This document shows positions 9,317 to 19,353 of a stretch of DNA of 64,000 nucleotides, one piece after another. The notes beneath the pieces were generated by a model, which did no database searches, was not told where the DNA came from, and worked only from the letters and a program-made list of their open reading frames with translations. How positions within the stretch are numbered: position 1 is the first letter of the stretch; every line of letters begins with the position of its first letter. Made by a program: the position numbers and the translations under genes. The DNA comes from a virus, in IMG/VR virus record IMGVR_UViG_3300035204_001773, positions 32,001 to 96,000 of that record, one strand, 5' to 3'.

Positions 9317-10274
9317 AATCAAAACTTTAGAAACGTGCAGCTGGGTTTACTGGTGCAAGTATCATTTGCATCTACCAGACGCGCCTAATGACGGAGCACT
9401 AAGGGGAACCGTGTGTCACGCTGTCTTCGAATTGCTTCTAAACAAAAAGCACAAGAAACATTATGACTCAATAATGAAAGAGTCCTCTATTGAAGCGAGT
9501 CCCCCGATCCGAAGACTCGTCACCGCCTTTCTTAAGAAGCATAAAATTTTTGAAGACAGACCGGATGACAACTATCAACTTATAGACGAGATGATCTTAG
9601 TAGGACTTCATAATGATTTTTTCGGAAAAGGCGGTAAACTAGAGGACCCAGAAACAGCTTTTAAGTTTGAGAATAAAAGACCGGTTTACAATATAATGGG
9701 CTTTATAGACAAGACTATAAAATACACGAAAGAAAAGAGGGTTAAAATTGTAGATTATAAGTCTTCTAAATATAAATTTAGGGGAGATGATCTTGAATCA
9801 AACATTCAAGCACTAATGTATTCGCTAGCTGCGAAAAAAATATGGAAAGGCTACAAGCCTGTTGTTGAATTCCTTTTCCTCAGGCACCCCAAAAGCCCAT
9901 TACAAACATTAGAATTCTCAGATGAAGAAATTAAAGGTTTCGAAAGGTATTTGGTACACATGCATAAAGTTATCAATAATTTCTCAGAGAAAGACTCTCG
10001 CTGCAACTGGGCCATAGATGATCCGAAGTCCAAGTGGATGTGCGGAATAGGAAAATGGGTGTGCCCACACAAGAAACCCTTTGATTACTATGTCTTACTT
10101 GATAAGGATAAAAAAGTTTTAATATCTTCTTTCACAGAGGTTTTTGTAAATAGGGATGGGCTCGTAGTAGAACCTGCTCCAGATCAAGTTATAGAGAAAA
10201 GAAAATACGACGGGTGTCCGCGCTTTAAAGATTACAATCAAGCCTCTAAAGATGACCCCTTCGATTTAGGTTGA
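9279..10274 (+). CDS. PD-(D/E)XK exonuclease (RecB/AddB/Cas4-like)
   Basis: LSASRIKTLETC, GTVCHAVFE, GFIDK, VDYKS, QALMYSLA and C-terminal Cys residues. Confidence 0.85.
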   Translation: MKTKKEKYLSASRIKTLETCSWVYWCKYHLHLPDAPNDGALRGTVCHAVFELLLNKKHKKHYDSIMKESSIEASPPIRRLVTAFLKKHKIFEDRPDDNYQLIDEMILVGLHNDFFGKGGKLEDPETAFKFENKRPVYNIMGFIDKTIKYTKEKRVKIVDYKSSKYKFRGDDLESNIQALMYSLAAKKIWKGYKPVVEFLFLRHPKSPLQTLEFSDEEIKGFERYLVHMHKVINNFSEKDSRCNWAIDDPKSKWMCGIGKWVCPHKKPFDYYVLLDKDKKVLISSFTEVFVNRDGLVVEPAPDQVIEKRKYDGCPRFKDYNQASKDDPFDLG

Positions 10275-10300
10275 CAAATAATATAAAACCATGTTAATAT
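10271..10300 (+). promoter_or_regulatory. Sigma70-type promoter upstream of the PHP gene
   Basis: TTGACA (10271-10276), 18 bp, TGtTAATAT (-10 at 10295-10300); ATG at 10308. Confidence 0.7.
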
Positions 10301-10307
10301 AGGGTAT

Positions 10308-11063
10308 ATGGTGCAGCCTTTCTTTAAATCTCATTACAGTATAGGAAGAAGCATTTTAACCTTGGACAGTGACCCCGTTGAGGATGGCCCAGACTCTATT
10401 ATCGATATAGCTAAAGACAATTCTTTTTCAGAAATCGTACTAATAGAAGATAACATGGGAGGCTTCCTTCAGGCTTTTCAAAATTTAAAAGAAATTAATG
10501 TAAAGCTGATCTACGGACTCAGGTTAACCATATGCCCCAACATGGAAACGAAAGATGATGAGTCACGCCTGAATAGTTCTAAAATTATTGTACTCGCCAA
10601 TAATTATAATGGATACAAATCCCTCATCAAAATTTATACTAAGGCCGCGAAAGACGGGTTCTATTATGAACCAAGAATAGATTGCGAAAATTTAAAATCT
10701 TTGTGGAACAACAAAGAGCTAACTTTAGTTATTCCTTTTTATGATTCTTTTATTTTTAAAAATTTAATGACCTATGCGTCTTGCACTCCAGACCTTTCCT
10801 TTACAAGCCCGATCTTCGCGCTAGAAGATAACAATATACCATTCGACGACCTAGTAAGAGCACAAGTAAAAGACTACGTAAAAGACAAGCACGAATTGAT
10901 GGAAGTTAAAAGTATTTTTTACAAAAACAGGGAGGACTTTAAAGCTTACCTAACATTTCGATGCATTAACAACAGAAGTTCTCTAGACAAGCCTAATCTA
11001 GAACATATGACGAGTAGGGAATTTAGCCTAGAAAGCTGGAAAGAAAAAAATGGTACCGTTTAA
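10308..11063 (+). CDS. Stand-alone PHP domain of DNA polymerase III alpha (N-terminal part of split DnaE)
   Basis: KSHYSIGRSIL, IEDNMGGF, KLIYG and LANNYNGYKSLIKI...GFYYEPRID match the DnaE PHP region. Confidence 0.82.
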   Translation: MVQPFFKSHYSIGRSILTLDSDPVEDGPDSIIDIAKDNSFSEIVLIEDNMGGFLQAFQNLKEINVKLIYGLRLTICPNMETKDDESRLNSSKIIVLANNYNGYKSLIKIYTKAAKDGFYYEPRIDCENLKSLWNNKELTLVIPFYDSFIFKNLMTYASCTPDLSFTSPIFALEDNNIPFDDLVRAQVKDYVKDKHELMEVKSIFYKNREDFKAYLTFRCINNRSSLDKPNLEHMTSREFSLESWKEKNGTV

Positions 11064-11412
11064 TCCTAAAAAAGTAAAAAAAGATTGGGGCCACGAATTA
11101 TGGCTAGCCAATAATGAAGAAGAGGATTACTGCGCCAAAATTCTTTTCATAGAGAAAGATAAAAGTACATCAATGCATTATCACATTGAGAAACATGAGA
11201 CAATGTACGTGCTAGAAGGAACGTTAATGGTAGATGGTCTAGGGGACAGGCATAACTTTGGACATAAGTTCTCCATGACAGCTAAGAAAGGTCAGTCAAT
11301 GGAAATAGAAAGAGGAAGACCGCACAAGTTGATAGCGCATCATGAAGACCTCACCCTCATAGAGGCTAGCACTTTCCACAAAGACGAAGACAGTTACAGA
11401 CTTTACAAATAA
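11050..11412 (+). CDS. Cupin (mannose-6-phosphate isomerase-like) protein
   Basis: KDWGHELW, SMHYHIEKHETMYVLEG, PH, EAST...DSYR. Confidence 0.78.
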   Translation: MVPFNPKKVKKDWGHELWLANNEEEDYCAKILFIEKDKSTSMHYHIEKHETMYVLEGTLMVDGLGDRHNFGHKFSMTAKKGQSMEIERGRPHKLIAHHEDLTLIEASTFHKDEDSYRLYK

Positions 11413-12050
11413 TGGACGAGCACTTACTTAGATTCGACAAGGATAAGACTTACGTTTTTATCGACTGCGAGACAGAGAACTTATGCCTAAATTCTAGCCA
11501 CAATTTGCCTTGGCAAATAGCAATGATTAAATCAATGGGTGACGAAATTATAGATAGCAAAGATTATCACGTACACTGGGATAGAGAAATAAACATCGGA
11601 AAAGAAGCCGCCAGAATAACCAGATTTGATCCAGTAAAATACAAAAAACTATCCCTACACGCCAAAGAAATATTTCCAACAATTAAAGACTGGCTGGAGA
11701 CATCTGACTACATCGTGGGACATAATATCTTGGGATTTGACATCTATTTAATTAAAGATTTGTACGAATACATGGAGGACGATTGGCGACCGCTAATGAA
11801 CAAGATTATCGACACTAATTGCATCGCTAGAGGCATCAAAATGAGCCTCAGATTCGATCAGGACGAGAGTTTCTTGGCTTGGCAGTACAAGATGGTACAT
11901 ACTAGGAAAAAGGGCGTTAGAACGAGTATGGGGGCCTTAGGGAAGGAGCTCAAGATAGACCACGACTATGATAAGCTGCATGATGCTTTGGTAGATTTAG
12001 AACTTAATTTAAAAATCTGGAATAAAATGAAATGGCAAATCGAAATTTAA
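11412..12050 (+). CDS. DEDDh 3'-5' exonuclease (DnaQ/epsilon-like)
   Basis: FIDCETE, VGHNILGFD, IDT, LHDALVD. Confidence 0.85.
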   Translation: MDEHLLRFDKDKTYVFIDCETENLCLNSSHNLPWQIAMIKSMGDEIIDSKDYHVHWDREINIGKEAARITRFDPVKYKKLSLHAKEIFPTIKDWLETSDYIVGHNILGFDIYLIKDLYEYMEDDWRPLMNKIIDTNCIARGIKMSLRFDQDESFLAWQYKMVHTRKKGVRTSMGALGKELKIDHDYDKLHDALVDLELNLKIWNKMKWQIEI

Positions 12051-12054
12051 TATT

Positions 12055-12324
12055 ATGGCAAGTAAAGATTTTATATACGATCTCTTAGGCAAGCTGGAAG
12101 AAGAAAAAATGGAGTATTTAGTTGTATTCCCCACTTCCACAAAGAAAGACGTAGTTATAGACATACACTACAGCTTGGAGACTGAAGACTCTGTATTAGC
12201 GACATCTAAGACGCTAGAAAGATTGATTCAAAAATTAAACGAAGATCATCCAGAAGCATTCTCTGATGACGACGAGTGGAAGCTAAACGAAGAACTAGAT
12301 TCTTGGGAGGAAGAGGGGGAATGA
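12055..12324 (+). CDS. Small acidic hypothetical protein
   Basis: Fills the gap between the exonuclease and dnaE; stop overlaps the dnaE ATG (ATGA). Confidence 0.65.
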   Translation: MASKDFIYDLLGKLEEEKMEYLVVFPTSTKKDVVIDIHYSLETEDSVLATSKTLERLIQKLNEDHPEAFSDDDEWKLNEELDSWEEEGE

Positions 12325-14876
12325 AAAGTTTTATAAAAAGATTTAAAGACCTTGAAGTGCCAGTACACGGAGTAAGACTACCTTCGTTCGATATAGCGAA
12401 CAAACACAAGCGCGACAACGGCTTAAGCGAGTCCGTCGATAACTATGACTTTCTTAGAGGCATGTGTCTACAGGGCTTTAATAACTTGGGGCTAAAGAAG
12501 AACTCCAAGAAATATAAAATGTACGTAGATAGAGTAAAAAAAGAATTAGAAATTTTACAAGAGCTCGAATTTGTTGATTATATTTTATTAGTTTGGACGG
12601 TTGTTAACTTTTGTAAGGAAAAAAATATTCCGACAGGGCTAGGTCGCGGATCGGCGGCTGGTAGCTTAGTATTATTTTTAATTGGAGTTACCGGAATTGA
12701 CCCTATAAGATACGAACTTTACTTCGAGAGATTTATTTCCAAAATTCGAGCCAAGAAACAAGTGATAGATGGTGTTACTTACTTAGACGGCTCTCTAATG
12801 TGTGATGTAGATTTGGATATTTGCTATTACAATAGGGGTGAAGTTATAAAATTTTTAGAAGAAAAATTTGAAGGTAGAACTAGTAAAATTTTAACTCTAA
12901 ACACCCTAAGTACAAAACTTCTCGTCAAAGAGTGTGGCAAAATTATAGCCATGGAATCTGAGGAGAACATGAATAGAGTATCCGCAATGATACCTAAAAC
13001 ATTTGGTCAAGTAAAAGAGTTAAAAGAGTCGTATGAGGAAGTTAAAGAATTTCAAGAGTGGTGCGACAAACATAAAGAGACATATCAAATAGCCCTAAAA
13101 CTAAGGGGCTTAATTAAGAACAAAGGAGTACACCCATCTGCCATTTCTTTATCTTATGACCCCATGATTGAATCTTGCCCGACAGAGCTATCTTCTGATA
13201 AAAATTCTGTTTCTGCATTTGATATGAATTGGGTTTCCCTGTTTAATGTCAAGCTTGATATCCTTGGTTTAAGAAGCGTTTCTGTTGTGCATGATGCGTG
13301 TGAATCAGTTGGTATTGATATTAAAGATATTAATTTAAACGATGAAATCATTTATCAAAATTTATACGATTTAAAAACTCCCCACGGATTATTCCAAATA
13401 GAAGCTGACACTAACTTTAGTGTTTGCAAGAAGGTTAAACCAAAGAACCTAGAAGAATTAAGTGGGGTACTAGCTCTAGCTAGACCGGGGGCCTTAGCTT
13501 TTGCGGATCAATACGCCAACTTCACAAACACTGGAACAATTGAAACCATTCACCCGTTCTTCGATGACATCTTATCTTCTACTGGAGGAGTGGCCCTGTA
13601 TCAAGAACAATTAATGCAAATGGCGCACAAAGTTGGCTTCACATTAGATGAGGCGGAAATTCTTCGCCGCATCGTGGGGAAAAAGAAAATCACAGAAGTT
13701 CGCAAATGGAAGAAGAAAATTAGAGACAAAATCAAAGAGAATAATTTAGATAAAAAGATAGGGGATGTACTGTGGAGTGTGCTAGAAGATTCGGCCAATT
13801 ATTCTTTTAACAAGTCTCACTCTATAGCGTATGCCGCTCTAGCAGCTATCACCACATACTTAAAATTTAAATATCCCCAACAATTCTTCTTAAGTCTTTT
13901 AAAAATGACAAGACATGAGCCAGACCCTATCGCAGAAATCTCTAAGATTCATCAAGAGTTAGACTTGTTTGGTATAAAATTATTGCCTCCCCATATAACG
14001 AAATCAGCATTAGACTTTTCAACAGAGGGGGAAGACATTAGGTTTGGTTTGCTATCCATTAAAGGTATTAGCGATAAGAGCATAGAAAAATTAAATAATT
14101 TTAGAAATAAATACTCAAATAAATTTGAAATTTTTCAAGCAGCCAACGAAGCTAATCTCAATATAGGTACTTTATCCGCCTTAATTCAAGCTGGCGCATT
14201 AGAAGGCTTCAAACAGAGTAGGAGCAAGGTTGTCTTGGAGGCTCAACTTTGGAATATCCTTACTCAAAGAGAAAAGAAATACTGCATGTTATTAGCTGAA
14301 GAAAATGACTACGATTTAATAAAGGTCATGAAAAAGTTAGCTACCTTCAAAGATGACAAAAGTAAGGTGGTAATCAAAGAGTCTAGGATGGCGACAATAA
14401 AGAAGAAATATACTCCTTATGTTAAAATTTACGAACAGAATAGTAGCTCAGAAAGTTTCGCTAATTGGTTTTACGAAAAGAGTCTATTGGGGTACACATA
14501 TAATAAGACATTAAAAAATATTTTTGAAGATAAAAGACCCAATCTTCTCTACATAAGAGATATTCTAAACATAGAAGGAGATAGCAACGTAGCGTTTATA
14601 GGGCAAGTGGAGGATGCGTGGTCAGGAGTTTCCCGCACAGCCAAAAAAACCCCGTATCATAAAATGATAATCTCCGATGAAACAGGGACCACGAAAAGTA
14701 TGATATTCTCATTCAAGAAAGATGAATGCGAGAAAGCAAATGGCTGTCTACCCAAAAAGAAAAGCATCGTAATCGTTACAGGAAAGAAAATGGAAGACGA
14801 CATGGTATTTGCTAATAAAGTTGGAGTGCAAGAAAACAAAATTTATACCAAACTCTCAGAAATTAAAAATCTATGA
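12321..14876 (+). CDS. dnaE: DNA polymerase III alpha catalytic core lacking the PHP domain
   Basis: GLGRGSAAGSLV, FERF, DVDLD, KLDILGL, LYQEQLM, YSFNKSH, IRFGLLSIKG and C-terminal OB fold; ATG at 12321 chosen as start. Confidence 0.93.
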   Translation: MKSFIKRFKDLEVPVHGVRLPSFDIANKHKRDNGLSESVDNYDFLRGMCLQGFNNLGLKKNSKKYKMYVDRVKKELEILQELEFVDYILLVWTVVNFCKEKNIPTGLGRGSAAGSLVLFLIGVTGIDPIRYELYFERFISKIRAKKQVIDGVTYLDGSLMCDVDLDICYYNRGEVIKFLEEKFEGRTSKILTLNTLSTKLLVKECGKIIAMESEENMNRVSAMIPKTFGQVKELKESYEEVKEFQEWCDKHKETYQIALKLRGLIKNKGVHPSAISLSYDPMIESCPTELSSDKNSVSAFDMNWVSLFNVKLDILGLRSVSVVHDACESVGIDIKDINLNDEIIYQNLYDLKTPHGLFQIEADTNFSVCKKVKPKNLEELSGVLALARPGALAFADQYANFTNTGTIETIHPFFDDILSSTGGVALYQEQLMQMAHKVGFTLDEAEILRRIVGKKKITEVRKWKKKIRDKIKENNLDKKIGDVLWSVLEDSANYSFNKSHSIAYAALAAITTYLKFKYPQQFFLSLLKMTRHEPDPIAEISKIHQELDLFGIKLLPPHITKSALDFSTEGEDIRFGLLSIKGISDKSIEKLNNFRNKYSNKFEIFQAANEANLNIGTLSALIQAGALEGFKQSRSKVVLEAQLWNILTQREKKYCMLLAEENDYDLIKVMKKLATFKDDKSKVVIKESRMATIKKKYTPYVKIYEQNSSSESFANWFYEKSLLGYTYNKTLKNIFEDKRPNLLYIRDILNIEGDSNVAFIGQVEDAWSGVSRTAKKTPYHKMIISDETGTTKSMIFSFKKDECEKANGCLPKKKSIVIVTGKKMEDDMVFANKVGVQENKIYTKLSEIKNL

Positions 14877-15805
14877 AAGCTATAGTTACAGGCGGCTCCG
14901 GATTTATCGGGGGGCACATAGTAGACGAATTAATTAGTAAAAATTACGAAGTGATCGTTATAGATAATGAGTCTTCTCCGTTTCACGATAAATTTTACCA
15001 TAATGATGCTGCGCGATATTACAAGCTAAATATCCTCGACGAAAAAATTGAAGAATTATTTCGTGGCGTAGATCACGTCTTTCATTTAGCTGCAGAATCC
15101 CGCATCCAACCCACTATAGAAAACCCATGTCTTGCGGCGGCGACGAACTACTTAGGAACTTGTAAAATATTAAAATTAAGTTATGAAAACGGAATCGAAA
15201 GAGTATTATATTCATCAACGAGCTCCGCCTATGGGCTCCAGCCTGCTCCCCATACAGAGGATTTAAAAGTGGATTGTTTAAATCCATATTCTTATACCAA
15301 AGTTGCTGGGGAGCAGCTTTGTAAAATGTACCATAAGATGTTTGGCCTAAATACCGTTATCTTTAGGTACTTTAATGTTTATGGCCCTAGAGAACCCGTT
15401 AAAGGTCAGTACGCCCCCGTTGTAGGCAGATTCCTTAAGCAATATAGGTCACATAACAAAATGACAGTAGTAAAACCCGGCACCCAAAGTAGAGATTACA
15501 TACATGTCAGCGATATAGTAAAAGCAAATATATTAGCAGCAGAATGTACGAATAAAGGAGCCTTTGGGCAAGTCTTTAATATAGGCACCGGAAAAACTTG
15601 GAGCGTCCTAGGGTTGGCTGGGATGATAGCGGATCAATCTTTGTTGGACTACGAGTCCATAGAAGAGCATATAGAATGGCTACCCGAAAGACAGGGAGAA
15701 GCCGAAGAGACTCTTGCTCATACTTATAAAGCGGAAACATATTTAAATTTTAGAGCGGAAAAAAAATTAGAAGATTACATAAAAGAAGAGTTGACAAAAC
15801 TATAA
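14873..15805 (+). CDS. NAD-dependent nucleotide-sugar epimerase/dehydratase (GalE/WbpP-like SDR)
   Basis: VTGGSGFIG, FHLAA, SSTSSAYG, YxxxK (YSYTK), RYFNVYGP, RDYIHV. Confidence 0.88.
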   Translation: MKAIVTGGSGFIGGHIVDELISKNYEVIVIDNESSPFHDKFYHNDAARYYKLNILDEKIEELFRGVDHVFHLAAESRIQPTIENPCLAAATNYLGTCKILKLSYENGIERVLYSSTSSAYGLQPAPHTEDLKVDCLNPYSYTKVAGEQLCKMYHKMFGLNTVIFRYFNVYGPREPVKGQYAPVVGRFLKQYRSHNKMTVVKPGTQSRDYIHVSDIVKANILAAECTNKGAFGQVFNIGTGKTWSVLGLAGMIADQSLLDYESIEEHIEWLPERQGEAEETLAHTYKAETYLNFRAEKKLEDYIKEELTKL

Positions 15806-15820
15806 AAACTATATTATAAT
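15791..15820 (+). promoter_or_regulatory. Sigma70-type promoter upstream of the putative SSB
   Basis: TTGACA (15791-15796), 18 bp, TATAAT (15815-15820); ATG at 15830. Confidence 0.8.
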
Positions 15821-15829
15821 AATTATATC

Positions 15830-16408
15830 ATGTTACAATTTTACAAACCAAACGCTAAATGCTCAGGATCGTCTTGCACATTCTCCTTTAAGCATGAAGA
15901 TAAAGCTATGTTCGCCTCCTTAATGAAGCAGCACTCTTGGGACGCTGCGAAGCGCAGGGGGTCTTTCGCGGGTAATAAAAATAATCCTAAAGCCCAAGTA
16001 TCTATTAAATTCAGCCTCACTGAGGCAGCTGGCATCTTAGATAGCATCGACACCAATAGGAGTTTATCAGCTTATCACTCTAACGCAAAGCAGGTAACCA
16101 AAATCAACTTTACTCCTTACGTCCCGAAAGGAAAAGATCAACAACTAGGATTTACCTTATCAGTAAACAAGGAAGCTAAGGAAGACTCAACAGACAAGTC
16201 TGTATTTTTGATTGGATTTAATTTTCACGAAGCACGCCTCTTAAAAGAATATATTATTCATCACCTTGGGCAATGTTTTCAATTAGATTTTGATAATTAT
16301 TCTAATCATAACACTCGCCAAACTGATCAGATAAAAATTAAAGAACACAATTTAGAAAGCAATAGTTTTGCGCCTCTGAACGAGGAGGAGGAAGACGATA
16401 TTTGGTAA
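15830..16408 (+). CDS. Putative ssDNA-binding protein, Whirly/PC4-like fold
   Basis: Twice-repeated beta-strand/helix pattern (KFSLTE...YH...GFTLSV...FNFHEARLL); acidic tail ending EEEEDDIW; replication context. Confidence 0.5.
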   Translation: MLQFYKPNAKCSGSSCTFSFKHEDKAMFASLMKQHSWDAAKRRGSFAGNKNNPKAQVSIKFSLTEAAGILDSIDTNRSLSAYHSNAKQVTKINFTPYVPKGKDQQLGFTLSVNKEAKEDSTDKSVFLIGFNFHEARLLKEYIIHHLGQCFQLDFDNYSNHNTRQTDQIKIKEHNLESNSFAPLNEEEEDDIW

Positions 16409-18334
16409 ATGAGAAAGAAGAGAGTTTTATTTCAAACTGACGCAGCATTAGCGAAAACGGGCTTTGGCAGAACCGCCAAGGCTTTGATTACGTACCTGCA
16501 TAGCACGGGCAAATATGATATAACTCATTACTGCTTAGGTATTAATTATAGTCATCCTTCGAGGTATCGCACCCCTTGGAAAACTATAGGGTGCTTGCCC
16601 GATAACCCCGCCATTCAGAAGCAGATAGAACAAGACCCGGGGTACGCTAGGCAGGTTAATTATGGAGCCTATCACTTGGACAAGGTAATGAATGATGTAA
16701 AACCTGACGTATATTTTGCCATTCAAGATATATGGGGCGTTGATTATGCGGTAGACAAATCTTGGTTTAAAGAAACGACGTCCGTGATTTGGACCACGTT
16801 AGATTCTTTACCTATTTTACCCACAGCAATTAACAAAGCCCCCAAGATAGACAACTATTGGATATGGAGCGATTTTGCTACAAAAGCTCTTCACAAGTTG
16901 GGGCACAAACATGTAAAGACAGTGCACGGACCGGTCGAAAGTAAATATTTTAAGAAACTTCCTGACGAAGATAAGGCGCAGCTTCGCATGAGGTGGGAAG
17001 CCTACCTCCCAATGGATGCTTTCGTTGTCGGTTTCGTTTTTAGAAATCAACTTAGGAAATCTGTTCCAAATCTTTTAGAGGGATATTCTCTTTTTAAAAA
17101 GAAGTTGAAAAAAGACAAGCCGACCAGACTACTTCTGCACACATCTTGGAGCGAGGGCTGGGATATAGCCTCTTTAGCTAAAGAATATGATATCCCTCAA
17201 GAGGAAATCCTAACTACATATGTTTGTGAAAATTGCAGACAATACGCAATAGTCCCCTTTCATGGAGAAGGCAAACAGTGCCCTTGGTGTCACTCAGAGA
17301 AGTCTCTTCGGACAACGAATACGGCAGGTGGAGTTTCAGAGCCCCAACTGAACGAGGTGTACAACTTAATGGACGTGTACTGTCACCCATTTACCTCTGG
17401 GGGACAAGAGATTCCCATCCAAGAAGCTAAGCTCGCAGAGCTAATAACTCTAGTAACAAACTACAGCTGCGGAGAGGAAATGTGCGACCCCAAAGCGGCT
17501 TCGCTACCATTAGAATGGTCAGAATACAGAGAACACAATACTCAATTTATCAAAGCATCAACGTGTCCGAAATCAATAGCGAAACAATTGTACAAAGTTT
17601 TCAAAATGAGCCCGGAGAAAAGAGACAAGATGGGGAGTCAAGCTCGCCAGTTTGCGTTAGATGGGTATTCCGCAGAAAAGATAGGCGCTTTCATTGGTAA
17701 TTTTATAGATGAAGCTCCCTATTGTGATTTTGATTTCAGCAAAAAGGAGGAGAAAGAACCATTTGCTACTATTCCAGATGAACCTGATAACGCTAAATGG
17801 GTTTTGTCTTTGTATAATAACATACTTAAGATGAGGCACGTAGACCAAAATGACGAAGGGTTTAAGTATTGGATGTCAGAACTGTCGAAAGGCAAGCCGA
17901 GAGACGGAATACTCCAGTACTTTAGAAAAACTGCGCATCTTGAATCTGCCAAAGGTGTGGAAGATATCTTTAATGATTTTCTATCTGAAGAAGATGAAGG
18001 AAAAAGAATCTTATATGTTATGCCTGAGGCAATTGGCGACATATTTATGTCTACAAGCCTGTTTCGATCCATTAAAGATACTTATCCCGAGCATAATCTA
18101 TACGTAGCCACGAAAGAAGAACACTTGGAGATACTAGATGGAAACGAATATGTTCACAACACGCTACCTTACATGAAAGAAATGGATAATATATTTTTCT
18201 TAGAAGGAAACGGCAAGCACAAAGGTTGGTTCGATATAGCGTTCTTACCATTTGTAAACACTCAAAGACATATAACATATACCCACAACGGTAATGACGT
18301 TGTAACATATGATAATTTAAAATATGAAAACTAA
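16409..18334 (+). CDS. GT4 glycosyltransferase with zinc-ribbon insert and C-terminal GT9-like N-domain
   Basis: TGFG, FRNQLRK, YNLMDVYCHPFTSGGQEIPIQEA; CENC...CPWC insert; C-terminal AIGDIFMSTSLFRSIKDTYP. Confidence 0.78.
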   Translation: MRKKRVLFQTDAALAKTGFGRTAKALITYLHSTGKYDITHYCLGINYSHPSRYRTPWKTIGCLPDNPAIQKQIEQDPGYARQVNYGAYHLDKVMNDVKPDVYFAIQDIWGVDYAVDKSWFKETTSVIWTTLDSLPILPTAINKAPKIDNYWIWSDFATKALHKLGHKHVKTVHGPVESKYFKKLPDEDKAQLRMRWEAYLPMDAFVVGFVFRNQLRKSVPNLLEGYSLFKKKLKKDKPTRLLLHTSWSEGWDIASLAKEYDIPQEEILTTYVCENCRQYAIVPFHGEGKQCPWCHSEKSLRTTNTAGGVSEPQLNEVYNLMDVYCHPFTSGGQEIPIQEAKLAELITLVTNYSCGEEMCDPKAASLPLEWSEYREHNTQFIKASTCPKSIAKQLYKVFKMSPEKRDKMGSQARQFALDGYSAEKIGAFIGNFIDEAPYCDFDFSKKEEKEPFATIPDEPDNAKWVLSLYNNILKMRHVDQNDEGFKYWMSELSKGKPRDGILQYFRKTAHLESAKGVEDIFNDFLSEEDEGKRILYVMPEAIGDIFMSTSLFRSIKDTYPEHNLYVATKEEHLEILDGNEYVHNTLPYMKEMDNIFFLEGNGKHKGWFDIAFLPFVNTQRHITYTHNGNDVVTYDNLKYEN

Positions 18335-19352
18335 AGTATTAATTACAGGCGGCGCGGGATTCATTGGTTCTCACCTAATCGAACACACGCTCCTCACGAC
18401 AGACTGGGACATAGTAGTTCTTGATGGACTTACTTATGCGGGTGACGTAGCAAGAATGACCGACTCAATTTATTACGAACCAGATAGAGTCAACGTCCAT
18501 TGGCATGACTTAAGATCACCAATAGGCAAAGCTTTAAGAGACCGAATTGGTCACATAGATTATATCATCAACATGGCTTCTAATTCTCACGTGGAAAATT
18601 CCTTAGTTGATCCAGTGCCATTCATTCATAGTAATGTAATGCTCGTTTCTCATATGCTTGAATACGCAAGAGATATTAAAGTTAAAAAATTCATACAAGT
18701 TTCAACCGATGAAGTTTATGGCTGTGCACCAGAGGGGTACTCTCATAAAGAATGGGATGTAATTGCCCCGTCTAACCCTTACGCTGGCTCAAAAGCCGCA
18801 CAGGAAGCGATTGCGTACTCTTACTGGCGTTCCTATGGAGTACCCGTAGCAATCACAAACACCATGAACAACTTCGGGGAGCGGCAAGATTGTGAGAAAT
18901 TTGTACCAATGGTTGTAAAAAAATTACTAGCCGGAGAAACGGTTCAAGTTCACGCGGAACCTATCCGTGACAATCTCGGAGCAATTGAAAGCTGGAAATC
19001 GGGAAGTAGAGTGTGGCTCCACGCCCGAAATCATGCAGACGCATTAATATGGATGCTTAAAAATGTAAACTTCAACGATCACCCATATAACGAAAGACTT
19101 ACTAGATTTAACGTGGCTGGAGAAAAGGAAATCGGAAATGATGAAATAGTTAGGATGGTAGCTGAGATATTAGATGTCAAACCTAGATTTGAATATTTAG
19201 ATTTTCATTCCTCTAGACCCGGTCACGACTTAAGGTACAGCCTTGACGGAACGAAACTCAAAGAGGCGGGGTGGAGTGCCCCAATCTCAATAGCAGAAAG
19301 TTTTGAGAAAGCCGTTCTATGGACAGTAGAAAATCAACATTGGCTAGAATAA
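18324..19352 (+). CDS. rfbB: dTDP-glucose 4,6-dehydratase (RmlB/RfbB-like)
   Basis: ITGGAGFIG, LDGLTYAG, SHV, STDEVYG, PSNPYAGSKA, RPGHDLRY. Confidence 0.85.
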   Translation: MKTKVLITGGAGFIGSHLIEHTLLTTDWDIVVLDGLTYAGDVARMTDSIYYEPDRVNVHWHDLRSPIGKALRDRIGHIDYIINMASNSHVENSLVDPVPFIHSNVMLVSHMLEYARDIKVKKFIQVSTDEVYGCAPEGYSHKEWDVIAPSNPYAGSKAAQEAIAYSYWRSYGVPVAITNTMNNFGERQDCEKFVPMVVKKLLAGETVQVHAEPIRDNLGAIESWKSGSRVWLHARNHADALIWMLKNVNFNDHPYNERLTRFNVAGEKEIGNDEIVRMVAEILDVKPRFEYLDFHSSRPGHDLRYSLDGTKLKEAGWSAPISIAESFEKAVLWTVENQHWLE

Positions 19353-19353
19353 T

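Noticed and set aside
9279-10274. Cas4 as part of a CRISPR-Cas system
   Set aside because: No array or other cas genes; Cas4/RecB-like exonucleases are common in phage replication modules.
10308-14876. Split intein or intron joining the PHP and DnaE core genes
   Set aside because: No intein N-terminal (C/S block A) or C-terminal HN motifs at the gene ends; the intervening DNA holds intact unrelated genes.
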